Part shown: positions 49,895-61,212 of the stretch, one piece after another | Position numbering within the stretch: position 1 is the first letter of the stretch | How the letters are laid out: each line of letters opens with the position of its first letter | Assembly (NCBI GenBank): GCA_963747235.1 | Contig: CAVVEU010000025.1 | Span: forward strand, 1-64,000 | DNA: 64,000 nt | Reading direction: 5' to 3' | Origin: an uncultured Candidatus Rokubacteria bacterium | GTDB taxonomy: Bacteria; Methylomirabilota; Methylomirabilia; Rokubacteriales; CSP1-6 | The notes under the pieces: model-generated | Databases searched by the model: none | Told to the model about the DNA's origin: nothing | What the model saw: the letters and a program-made list of their open reading frames with translations, nothing else | Program-made: the position numbers and the translations under genes

Positions 49895-52800
49895 ATGGAT
49901 CCCTGGAGCGAGCTCCTGGGTCGGAGCACCGCGATGGAAGCCGTACGCGAGACCGTCCGGCGGCTGCCCGGGCGCCAGCACGTCGGCCGGCGGCTGCCGG
50001 CGATCCTCCTGCAAGGCGAGACCGGGACGGGCAAGGGTCTCGTCGCCCGCCTCATCCACCGCCTGGGGCCGCGCGCCACCGGCGAGTTCGTGGACGTCAA
50101 CTGCGCGGCAATTCCCGAGACACTGCTCGAGGCCGAGCTGTTCGGCTTCGAGCGTGGCGCATTCACCGACGCCCGCAAGGCCAAGCCCGGCCTCTTCCAG
50201 ACCGCGCATCACGGCAGCATCTTCCTGGACGAGATCGGATCGACCCCCGAGGCGCTACAGGCGAAGCTGCTGACCGTCATCGAGGAGCGCGTGGTGCGAC
50301 GGCTCGGCGGCACGCGTCCCGAGCCCGCGGACGCCTGGATCATCAGCGCGACGAACACGGATCTCCTCGGGAGCGTCCGCGAGCGCCGATTCCGGGAGGA
50401 CCTCTACCATCGGCTCGCGGTGCTGACGCTGCGCCTGCCTCCGCTCCGGGAGCGCGGCCAGGACGTCCTGTTCCTCGCCGAGCGCTTCCTCGTGCGCGTC
50501 TGCGCGGACTACGGCCTGCCGGTGAAGATCCTGGCCGCCGATGCGCGCGATCGGCTGATGGCCTATCCGTGGCCCGGCAACGTGCGCGAGCTGTCGAACG
50601 TGATCGAGCGGGTCGCGCTCCTGACCGAGGAGACCGTGATCACGGCCGAGCACCTGGGGCTGGGCGACGCAAGCTCGGCGCCGGGACCCGTGCCGGCCGA
50701 CGCGGGCAGCGCCGCGGCTCCGCCCCCGATCTCGTTCGGGGACGCCATGCGCGCGCACCTGCGCGCCACACTCGATCAGACCGGCTGGAACATTTCTCGC
50801 ACCGCCGCCATCCTCAACATCTCCCGCAATACCGTGCGCGCGCGCATGGAGAAGACTGGGGCTGCGCGAAGGCACCGCGGTCGCGGTGAAGCGCGACGCG
50901 CGCGCGCCGAGCGGCGCCCGCCCGGCCCCTCCGCCGCCGCCGAACGGGTCCGCATCCGGGCCGCCGTCGCGCCCCGCGCTCCCCACGGTCCGCTGGGAGC
51001 GCCGGCCCATCGCTCTGATGCGCGTGGCGCTCGTGGTGCCGGAGACCGGCGACGTCCTCTCGGACGCCGCGCGCGCGCTCGAGACGCTGATCGAGAAGGT
51101 CCAGAGCTTCGGCGGACGCGTCGAGGCGCTCGGGCAGCGCGCCCTGGACGCCGCCTTCGGCGTGGAGCCCATCGAGGACGCGCCGCGGCGCGCGGCGCAC
51201 GCCGCGATGGCGATGCAGCGGGCCGTCGAGCGGATCCGCGGAGACTCCCCCGCCCCGCTCGCGACGCGGATCGCCATTCACGCGGCCCAGGTCCTCGTGG
51301 CGCAGGCCGGCCGCATGATCCAGATCGACCAGGAGGCGAAGGAGCAGGGCGCCTTCGTGCTCGATGACCTGATCGCGGCCGCCGAGCCCGGCGGCATCCT
51401 CGCCAGCCCGGCCGCCGGCGCGCTGCTCGAGCGCCGGTTCGAGCTGATCCCCCTCGACGGGACGGACGAGTCTCCGACCGCGTTCCGCCTCGTCGGGCGC
51501 GAAGGGCCGGGGCTGAGCGCGGCCGGGCGCATGGCGAGCTTCGTCGGCCGGCATCAGGAGATGGCGGTGCTGCACAGCCGGCTGCTCGCCGCCCTCCGTG
51601 GTCGGGGACAGCTCGTCAGCATCGTCGGGGACGCCGGGATCGGGAAGTCCCGCCTGCTCTACGAGTTCAGCCAGAGCGTGAGCGCCGAGCAGGCGACCTA
51701 CATCGAGGGACGCTGCCTGTCCTACGGGAGCACGATCCCCTACCTGCCGGTGCTCGACCTGATTCGCGGGCTCTGCCACATCACCGAGGCCGACGACGCG
51801 GCGGGCGCGGGCGAGAAGATCCGGCAGACGCTCGGGCGGGCGGGCATGGACGCGTCCAAGCTCACTCCTCACGTGCTCGATCTCCTGGGATACCGAGACG
51901 GCATCGAGGGGCTCGATCTCGTTCCACCCGACGCGATCAAGGTCGGCATCTCGGAGGCCCTCCGCCAGATCACGCTGGGCGCCAGCCATCGCCAGCCCCT
52001 GCTCGTCGTGATCGAGGATCTCCACTGGATCGACCAGGCGTCGGAGGAGCTGCTCGCGTCCATGGTGGACGGGCTGCCCGGCGCGGCGGTGCTCTTCGTC
52101 GTGACGTACCGCCCCGGGTACGAGCCGCCGTGGGCCAACCGGTCGTTCGCCACCCAGCTCTCGCTGCCTCCGCTGTCGAACGAGGACAGCCTCACGGTCA
52201 CGCGCTCGGTGCTGCCCGCGGTGGCGCTGCCTCACGCGGTCGCCGAGGTGATCCTGAGCCGCGCGGAGGGCAATCCCTTCTTCCTGGAGGAGCTCGCGCT
52301 GTCCATCCAGGATCGCGGCGGCCTGGCCGGCGATCTCGCGGTGCCCGACACGGTGCAGGGCGTCCTGCTGAGCCGGATCGGACACCTCGCCGAGACCGAG
52401 CAGGCCCTGCTCCAGTCCGCGGCGGTCATCGGCAAGGACGTCCCGCTTCCGGTCCTGGCCGCGGTGACCGAGCTCCCCGAGGAGCCGCTCGCCCAGGCGC
52501 TCCGCCACCTGAGCGCGGCGGAGTTCCTCTACGAGGTCAGCAGCTTCCCGGAGGTCAAGTACCGCTTCCGGCACGCGCTCACCCACGAGGTCGCCTACGA
52601 GAGCCTCCGGCCGGAGCGCCGCCGGCAGCTCCACGCCCGCATCGTCCTCGCCATCGAGGCCAGTCACTCCGACCGCCTGCTCGAGGACGTCGGGCGGCTC
52701 GCCCATCACGCGACGCGAGGGGAGCTCTGGGAGAAGGCGGTGGCGTACGCGCGTCAGGCCGGCGCCAAGGCCGCCGCGCGCTCCGCCCACCTGCAGGCGG

Positions 52801-54014
52801 TCGCGTATCTCGACCAGGCGCTCGACGCCCTCGCGCATCTGCCCGAGGATCGCGCGCAGGTCGAGCAGGCCATCGATGTGCGGCTCGACCTCCGCAACTC
52901 GCTGCACCCGCTGGGAGACCCCGAGCGCATCCTCGCGCGGCTGCGGGAGGCCGAAGCGCTCGCCCGGACGATCGACGATCCTCGACGGCTCGCCCGGGTC
53001 TTCTCGTTCATGACGCAGTACTTCCGGCTGATCGGACATCTCGATCTCGCGGTGGAATCGGCGGAGCGCGCCCTCGCGCTCGCCGACCGGATGCGGGACA
53101 CGCCCTTCTGGATCGTCGCCAACACGTTCCTGGGCACCGCCTACGATGCCCAGGGCGAGTACCGCAAGGCGGCCGACGTCCTCCGGAAGAGCGTGGAGGC
53201 CTTGCCCGGCATCTCGATCGGCCAGGACGTGCGCGTCGCCGGCCTCGTCTCGGTCTTCTCGCGCATCTATCTGGTCTACTGCCTCGCCGACATGGGTGAC
53301 TTCCGCGAGGGGCTCGCGTATGGCGACGAGGGCACGCGGCTCGCCGAGGCCGCCGATGACGCCTACAGCCTGATCTTCGCCTCGTGCGGCATCGGCACGC
53401 TCCACCTCCTGAAGGGCGATCTGGAGCCGGCGATCCACACTCTGGAGCGCGCGCTCACCCTCTGCCGGACGTTGACGGTGCCGGTGGCGCTGCCCCTGAT
53501 CGCGTGCGCGCTGGGCGCCGCCTACTCGCTGTCGGGGCGCTCGCGCGACGCGATCGCCCTGCTGGAGGAGGGAAACCGGGAAGGCCTCGCGATCGGACGG
53601 ATGGGCGGGCACTCGCTGGTCGTCGTGCGCCTGGGCGAGGCCTATCTCCGCGCCGGCCGCCTCGACGAGGCCGACGAGACGGCCCGACGGGCGCTGCTGA
53701 TGGCCCGCGAGAAGAGTGAGCGCGGGCACGAAGCCTACGCCCTGCACCTCCTGGGCGAGGTGGTGGCGCGACGGACACCCGGCGACGCGGGCGCCGCCGA
53801 GGCCGCGTTCCGACAGGCCTCGGCCCTCGCCGAGGAGCTCTCGATGCGCCCGCTCCTCGCGCATTGCCACGTGAGCCGCGCCCGGCTCGAGTGCCGGGCG
53901 GGCCGCACCGCGAGCGCCCGTCAGCTCTTCGGCGCGGCCACCGCGGCCTTCCGCGAGCTGGAGATGCCCTTCTGGCTCGAGCGCGCGGAGGCCGAGGCCC
54001 GCTCCCTAGCCTGA
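49895..54014 (+). CDS. sigma54 activator (AAA+/HTH) fused to degenerate class III cyclase, STAND-type ATPase and TPR repeats (extra base near 50855)
   Basis: GETGTGKG, GAFTDA, FLDEI, WPGNVREL, HTH WNISRTAAILNISRNTVR. Removing A50855 joins the frame containing GDAGIGKS, VIEDLHW, EGNPFF, FRHALTHEVAY and TPR-like helices. Confidence 0.85.
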
Positions 54015-54218
54015 CGTCCCCTTCCCGCGCGTCTCCACCCGCACCTCGACGAGGTCCAGGCCGCACGCCCGGGCCAGCCGCCTGATCTCCAGGCGAACCG
54101 CCTCCAGCGTGTGGGAGCCGATGGGGCCGTCCAGCTCGATGCTACCGACGACGGCGGCGTCCGGCCTTGGCGGCCCGCTTCTTGGCGGCGGCGGCGTGCG
54201 CCTTCCACTTCTTTTCAA
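54006..54218 (-). CDS. Small hypothetical protein (start uncertain)
   Basis: SIELDGPIGSHTLEAVRLEIRRLARACGLDLVEVRVE with coding-like GC3 bias. Confidence 0.45.
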   Translation of the reverse strand: MKRSGRRTPPPPRSGPPRPDAAVVGSIELDGPIGSHTLEAVRLEIRRLARACGLDLVEVRVETRGKGTSG

Positions 54219-54339
54219 TGGCCCTCACTCCCTTCTTGAACTGCGCGAGGAGCGCCCGCGTCTGGGCGCTCTTGGGCGTGGCCGCGATCCGGATCGTGGT
54301 ACGGCCCTTGCTCGTCGTCTGGCTCACCTGGATCATCAT
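54142..54339 (-). CDS. Small, highly basic Lys/Arg/Ala-rich protein (65 aa)
   Basis: MMIQVSQTTSKGRTTIRIAATPKSAQTRALLAQFKKGVRAIEKKWKAHAAAAKKRAAKAGRRRRR; coding-like codon bias. Confidence 0.6.
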   Translation of the reverse strand: MMIQVSQTTSKGRTTIRIAATPKSAQTRALLAQFKKGVRAIEKKWKAHAAAAKKRAAKAGRRRRR

Positions 54340-54394
54340 GGCGTCGTGCCGTGCGTCGGCTCCTCTGGGTGTCGGTTGCCGCGTTGCGCCCGCC

Positions 54395-55468
54395 TTAGCG
54401 GCGGGCGTCCTGCACTCCGTCGAAGAACTCATCGGCGTGAAACACGCGCGGGGCCGCGTCGAGGTCCCGCAGCATGTAGTGATCATCGGTCCCCTCGTAC
54501 TCCTCGTGGAGATCCACCGACTCGCCCCGGGCGAGATCGAGGTACACCGCGGTCATGTTGTGCTTGCCGGTCAGGTCGAGGAGATTGGTGCTGGACGTGA
54601 AGCGGCCCGCGTTGATCTCGGTGACGCGCGGAACCCCGCCCGAGTCCTCCTTCAGGTCCACCGCGAACACGCCCGAGGCCTTGCGATCCACCGCGCGGAT
54701 CGCCCGGACCGCGATCTCGAGCACGCCCGGCTCGTGCACGGTCTTGGTGAGCGCGCCCACCGCCGACACCTCGCTCGGCTGGCTGGCGCTGCCGAGGTAG
54801 GACAGCCGCTCGTAGGTCTTCGCGAGCGCCAGGCGGCCGTCCTTCCACACGCTCTGGCAGCCGAAATCGCGGCCCGGCAGGTACTCGGACAGGGTGAACG
54901 CGGAGACCGGCACCCCGCGCATGTCGCGCCAGTACGCGATCCAGCTCCGCGCCTGCTCCGGCCCCGCGACCGGCGCCGCGCCCCGCGAGCCCGCGCCCGC
55001 GCGGATGCGACACCACGCGCGGGCCGGATTGCCCAGGCGCGCGAAGATGCGGTCGAGCCGCCGCAGGTCCGTCACCCGATACGTCGCGGGCGCGGGAACG
55101 CCGCGCGCCCGCAGCCATTCGGTGAGCGCGTACTTGTCGCCGCAGCGCTCCACCGTGGCGGCCCGGGGAAGGAAGAGGCGCCCGCCGAGCGCGCCCCGCG
55201 CGCGCGAGAGCGCGGCGACGTCGCCGTCGCTGGCCGGGATGACGAGGTCGATCCGCTCCGTCTCCACGATCCGGCGCAGCGAGCGGCGCCAGCCCGGATG
55301 CGCGAGCGGCGGGAGGAGGTAGTTGCGGTCCGCGGTGGAGTTCTTGAGGATGAACTGGTCATCGTGGCAGCCCACGATGGTGAGCGAAGCATTCCCCGCC
55401 CGGAGGCTCCGCACGAGGTTGCCGCTCGCCCCGCTGCCCGCGCTCGTAACGAGCAACCGCGCGTTCAT
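54395..55468 (-). CDS. ATP-grasp ligase (carbamoyl-phosphate-synthase-like/PylC-like)
   Basis: LLVTSAGSG, IDLVIP, CGDK, GAGSRG, SEYLPG, VDLK, TEINAGRF. Confidence 0.82.
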   Translation of the reverse strand: MNARLLVTSAGSGASGNLVRSLRAGNASLTIVGCHDDQFILKNSTADRNYLLPPLAHPGWRRSLRRIVETERIDLVIPASDGDVAALSRARGALGGRLFLPRAATVERCGDKYALTEWLRARGVPAPATYRVTDLRRLDRIFARLGNPARAWCRIRAGAGSRGAAPVAGPEQARSWIAYWRDMRGVPVSAFTLSEYLPGRDFGCQSVWKDGRLALAKTYERLSYLGSASQPSEVSAVGALTKTVHEPGVLEIAVRAIRAVDRKASGVFAVDLKEDSGGVPRVTEINAGRFTSSTNLLDLTGKHNMTAVYLDLARGESVDLHEEYEGTDDHYMLRDLDAAPRVFHADEFFDGVQDARR

Positions 55469-55591
55469 CCGCGCGGAGCCTAGACGATATCCGGCGCCAT
55501 CGCAAGTTTCGCGCGGGGCCCGCGACGCCCGCTGTGCTTACTGGGTCCGCCCACTTGCGCGAATCACTTCACGTGCTTCAGGGCCCGCCGG

Positions 55592-55626
55592 AAAAGAAAA
55601 CGGGCCGGGTCCCAGGACCCGGCCCG
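55592..55626 (-). terminator. Intrinsic terminator after sodC
   Basis: 12-bp stem CGGGCCGGGTCC/GGACCCGGCCCG followed by TTTTCTTTT on the minus strand. Confidence 0.85.
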
Positions 55627-55650
55627 CGTGGTCTTCGCGGCGGCCCGCGA

Positions 55651-56172
55651 CTACTTCGTGATGACCCCGCAGGCGATGCGCCCGCCGCTGTTGCCGGTGG
55701 GATCGGTCTTGTCGTCGTCGGGATTGGCGTGCACGACGAGCGCGGTCGGCTTGTCGCCGAGCACCGAGTTGGGCCCGGGGCTCAGCGTGATGGCCTTCGT
55801 GGTGACGTCGATGCCGCCCTCACCCGAGGCCGCGACCACCAGGTTGGGCAGGTCGCCCGCGTGCGCGCCCGCCGGATTCATGCGGCCGTGCTGCTTGCTG
55901 CCCGGGTTGAAGTGCGCGCCCGCCGACGTGAACTCGGGCGGCTCGCACAGCCCCACCGCGTGGATGTGCAGCCCGTGCCCGCCCGGCGGAAGCCGGTAGC
56001 CGGTCACCGCCAGCCGCACGCCTTCCGCGGTCTCGATGAGCGTCGCCACGCCCACCTGCTTGCCATCCTTGTCCTTGAGGGTCGCCTCGGCCGACAGCGG
56101 TCCCCGGTCGGCCGGCGCGCTCGCGCATCCGGCCAGCATTGCGGCCACACCGAGCAGCAGTAGTGGTCTCAC
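55651..56172 (-). CDS. sodC: Cu/Zn superoxide dismutase lipoprotein
   Basis: Lipobox LAGC; HGLHIH, GAHFNP, KQHG, HAGDLPN, VVHA, GNSGGRIACG with the full ligand set. Confidence 0.92.
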   Translation of the reverse strand: MRPLLLLGVAAMLAGCASAPADRGPLSAEATLKDKDGKQVGVATLIETAEGVRLAVTGYRLPPGGHGLHIHAVGLCEPPEFTSAGAHFNPGSKQHGRMNPAGAHAGDLPNLVVAASGEGGIDVTTKAITLSPGPNSVLGDKPTALVVHANPDDDKTDPTGNSGGRIACGVITK

Positions 56173-56190
56173 CGTTGAGTGCCCTCCCGT

Positions 56191-59100
56191 TCAGTTGAGC
56201 TGCGCAATGAGCTGCTTGGCCTTCTCCCGGAACCGGGCCACGCCTTCGAGCTTGATGTGCTCGTAGCCGCGGATCTCGTCGGGCAGCTCGGCCAGGGTCA
56301 CCGCCGCGCCGTGGGTGACCGGGCTGAGCCGCACGAGCGCGGTCTCGATGAGCTGGCGGTACTCGCCGATCAGCTCCCGCTCCACCTTCCGCACCTCCGC
56401 GTAGCCGAAGGGATCGAACGCGGTGCCCCGCAGCCCCTTCATGGCCTTCAATATCTGGAAGGCGGGGGCGAACCAGGCCCCGAGCCGGATCTTCTTCTTG
56501 AGGCCCAGCGCGCGGAGCAGCGGCGGGTGCAGGTGCCAGTAGGTCCGGATCTTCTGGCCGAACTTCGCCTGGAGCTGCGCGGCCATCGCCGCGTCGAGAT
56601 GCAGGCGCGCCACCTCGTACTCGTCCTTGTAGGCCATGAGCTTGTGGAGATGCCGCGCGACGGATTCCGCGAGCCCCACGCTGCCCGGGGCGCGCTCCGC
56701 CTCCACCTGGGCCACGCGGTGGACGAAGTCCACGTACTCGCCCGCGTAGGCCGCGTTCTGGTACGCGATCAGCTCGGGCACCCGGATCTCGAGCAGACGC
56801 CGCAGCTCCCCCGACGCCTCCACGCGATCCACCAGCGCGCGCGCCTCCGCGCTCAGCACGCGCGGCGCCTCGACGGCCTGCGCGGTGGCCTGGGCGACCG
56901 CCGCCTCCACCTGCTTGCGGTCCACCACCGCCATCCGGCCCCACCGGAAGGCGAGCACGTTCATGTCCACCGAGACGCCGTTGATGCGGATGGCGCGCTC
57001 GATGGCCGCGGCCGAGATCGGCAGCGCGCCCGCCTGGTAGGCCGCCCCGAGCATGATCGGGTTCACCGCCATGTGGTCCCCGAAGAGCGCCTCCGCGATG
57101 GCCTGGGCGTCGAGGTAGACGTTCGGATCCTTCCGCGTCACCCGGTCGATGCTCATCAGCATGCTGCTGAGCTCGGGGAAGTGCACCGCGGTGTCCACCA
57201 CCATCTGGCCGGTGGGAATCTGGCTCGTGGACACCACCGCGATCGTGCGGCCCGATTCGGCCTTGTCCAGGTTGACCGGATCGGTGGCCACCAGGAGGTC
57301 GAAGCCCAGGTAGAGATCGGAGGCCCCCGCGGAGACCTTGTTGGCGCGCTCGATCGGCTCGGAGCCGATCTTGAGGTCGGAGACCACCGGCCCGCCCTTC
57401 TGGCTGAGCCCGGTCTGGTCGAGCCCGCGCACGTGCCGGCCGTCGAGCATGGCCGCGGTGCCGAGGATCTGGTTCATGGTGACGACGCCGGTGCCGCCGA
57501 TGCCCATCATGTGGAGCGCGAAGCCCTCGCTCGGCACCTTCAGCGCGGGCTCGGGCAGCTCGGCCTCGAGCGGGGTCACCTTCCGCTCCCGTTTGGGCGC
57601 CGTCCCGGCCCCCTCGATGGTGAGGAACGACGGGCAGTCGCCGAGCAGGCACGAGTAGTCCTTGTTGCAGGAGGACTGGTGGATCGCGGTCTTCCGCCCG
57701 AACTCGGTGTCGATCGGCTGCACCGACAGGCAGTTCGACTTCTTGCCGCAGTCGCCGCACCCCTCGCACACGCGCTCGTTGATGAAGACGCGGGTCATCG
57801 GGTCGATCATCTTGCCGCGCTTGCGCAGCCGCCGCTTCTCCGCCGCGCAGTGCTGGTCGTGGATCAGCACGGTGACGCCGCTGATGGCCGCGAGCAGCGA
57901 CTGCGCCTCCAGCAGCCGGTCGCGATGCCAGACCTCCGCGTTGCCCGCGATCGAGACCCCCGAGTACTTGGCGGGATCGTCGCTCGTGATGATGATGCGC
58001 TTGACGCCCTCGGCCTCGAGGCGCCGGCTGAGCGCGGGGATGGGCAGGGCCCCCGCCGCGTTCTGGCCGCCGGTCATCGCGACCGCGCCGTTGTAGAGGA
58101 TCTTGTAGGTGATGTTCACGCCGGAGGCCACCGCGTAGTTCAGCGCGAGGCCGCCGGAGTGGAAGAACGTCCCGTCGCCGATGTTCTGGAAGAGGTGCGG
58201 CGTCTCGGTGAACGGCGCGATGCCGACCCACTGCGCGCCCTCCGCGCCCATGTGGGTGACCCCGATGATGCCGCGGTCCATCCCCATCGCCATGCCGTGG
58301 CAGCCGATGCCCGCGGCGGCCACGCTGCCCTCGGGCACCACGGTGGAGCGGTTGTGCGGGCAGCCCGAGCAGAAGAAGGCGGAGCGGGCCAGGGTCAGCG
58401 TCTTGGGCCGGCGCTTGAGCTCGTCGAGGTGCTGGATGCGCGCCTCCACCGAGTCGATCTTGACGCGACGGGCGAGGCGCCGGGCGATGGCCCGCGCGAT
58501 GCAGGTCGGAGTCGAGCTCGCCGACCGGCGACAGCAGCGGCCGGTCCTCCTCGTCGAGCTTGCCCACCACCTGCGGCCGGTCCGCCTGGCCGTAGAGCAC
58601 GTCCTTGCAGAACATCTCGACGAACGAGCGCTTCTCCTCGACGACGAGGATCTCCTGCAGGCCGCGCCCGAACTCGCGCACGATGCGCGGCTCCATCGGG
58701 AACAGCATGCCGATCTTGAGGATGCGGATGCCGTAGCGGCGCAGCGCGCCGTCGTCGAGCCCGAGCTCGGCGAGGGCCTGGCGGACGTCGTAGTAGGTCT
58801 TGCCGCTCGTGACGATGCCGAACCACGCGTTCGGCGACGGCACCGTGATGCGGTTGAGCTTGTTCTCGTACGCGTAGCGCCGGGCCAGCTCGAGGCGCGC
58901 GCCGTGAAGCGTGCGCTCCATGTCGAGGCCGTAGGGCGGGATCAGGTTCACGTTGATCTGGTGCTGGAAGGGCTTGCCGTCCAGCTCGACCACCGGGATG
59001 ATCGGGTTCACGCGATCCGGATCCACCTCGGCGGTGCCCGCCTCGTCCGCCACGTTCGTGACGATCTTGGCGCCCACCCAGAGCCCGGACGTGCGCGAGA

Positions 59101-59672
59101 GCATGAAGCCGTGCAGGCCGAGATCGAGGATCTCCTGCACGTTGCCCGGGTAGATCGTGGGCATCAGCGCGTCGTAGAGCGCGACCTCGGAGTGGCTCGG
59201 CAAGCGTCGACGATTTGGACAGCGGATCGTCCCCGGCCAGCGCGAGCACGCCGCCGTTCTTGCCCACGCCCGCGTAGTTGGCGTGCTTGAAGACGTCGCC
59301 GGTGCGGTCCACGCCCGGCGCCTTGCCGTACCACATGCCGAGCACGCCGTCGTACCGGGGGTTCGGGAAGAGCCCCGCCATCTGGCTGCCGTACACCGCG
59401 GTGGCGCCCAGGTCCTCGTTGAGGCCGGAGGAGAACACCACGTCGTGCGCGCGGAGCAGCGTGGTCATGCGCTCGAGCGTCTGGTCGAGCCCGCCGAGGG
59501 GCGAGCCGCGGTAGCCCGAGATGAAGGTCGCCGTCTTGAGGCCTCGCCGGATGTCGGCGCGATGCTGATCGAGGGGGAGCCGGACCAGCGCCTGTATGCC
59601 GGACAGGTACACGCGTCCGCGCTCCTGGGTGTACTTGTCCTCGAGCGAAAACTCTCCGGTCGGTGTGGTCAT
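56191..59672 (-). CDS. Fused indolepyruvate ferredoxin oxidoreductase family protein (frameshifts near 59200 and 58500)
   Basis: SGIQALVR, SGYRGSP, WYGKAPGVDR, FCSGCPHN, GIGCH, GDGT..HSG, CEGCGDC, GIGGTG, YKDEYEVARL. Confidence 0.9.
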
Positions 59673-59819
59673 GAGCTCCCCTTGGGGGTGGCGACGTTAG
59701 ACATCAAACGACGGCCATATAGTAGTCGGGAAAGGCATTTCGAGCAAGCAAGGCGGACGGCGAACGCCCGATTCACGGTTGACCGCAAGTCCGAAACGGT
59801 TGTCCGCGGACTGGGGGAG

Positions 59820-59846
59820 TGCGGGGGCCATTTCTGGGCCCCCGCA
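59820..59846. repeat. GC-rich hairpin (REP-like or terminator)
   Basis: TGCGGGGGCC-ATTTCTG-GGCCCCCGCA, 10-bp stem downstream of tesA. Confidence 0.5.
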
Positions 59847-59884
59847 TTCAATAGAGCTTGAAGAACTAGACGGTTGTCCGCCGG

Positions 59885-60520
59885 CTACTTTCGCAGCAGC
59901 GGTACCAGGAACTGCCACAGATGCTCGACCACGAGCGCATAGCCCTCGGCGGTCGGATGAATCCCGTCGGCCTGGTTCAGCCGCGGAATCGCGCCGACGC
60001 CTTCGAGGAAGAACGGCAGATACGGCGCGTTGCGCACGCGCGCCACCTCGCTGAAGAGCCGGTAGAAGTCGTCGGCGTAGGGAGTGCCGTAGTTCGGGGG
60101 CAGGCGCATGCCCGCCACGAGCACGCGGGCGCCGGCGGCCTGGAAGCGCGCCACGAGCTGATCCAGGTTGGCGCGCACCGAGGCCAGGTTCTGGCCGCGG
60201 AGGGCGTCGTTGACGCCCAGCTCCAGGATCACGATCTCGGGCTTGAGGCGCAGCGCCCAGTCCACGCGCCGGAGCCCGCCCGCGGTGGTGTCGCCCGACA
60301 CGCCCGCGTTGACGACCTTGTACGCGTAGCCCTCGCGCCGGAGCCGCTCGCCCAGCAGCGCGGGATAGGTCTGATCGGCCGGCACGCCGAGCCCCGAGGT
60401 GAGGCTGTCGCCGAAGGCGACGATCACGCGGTCCGGCGCCTGCGCGGCGGCCGGCGCGGGCGCGCACGCGAACACCGCGAGCTGGACCAGCAGGAGGAGC
60501 CGCCCGAGCAGCGCGCGCAT
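59885..60520 (-). CDS. tesA: Periplasmic arylesterase/acyl-CoA thioesterase I (SGNH)
   Basis: FGDSLT, NAGVSGDTT, LGVND, DGIHP; divergent from ybbAP. Confidence 0.9.
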   Translation of the reverse strand: MRALLGRLLLLVQLAVFACAPAPAAAQAPDRVIVAFGDSLTSGLGVPADQTYPALLGERLRREGYAYKVVNAGVSGDTTAGGLRRVDWALRLKPEIVILELGVNDALRGQNLASVRANLDQLVARFQAAGARVLVAGMRLPPNYGTPYADDFYRLFSEVARVRNAPYLPFFLEGVGAIPRLNQADGIHPTAEGYALVVEHLWQFLVPLLRK

Positions 60521-60534
60521 GTCGCTAGTGTAGT

Positions 60535-61208
<674 letters not shown>

Positions 61209-61212
<4 letters not shown>

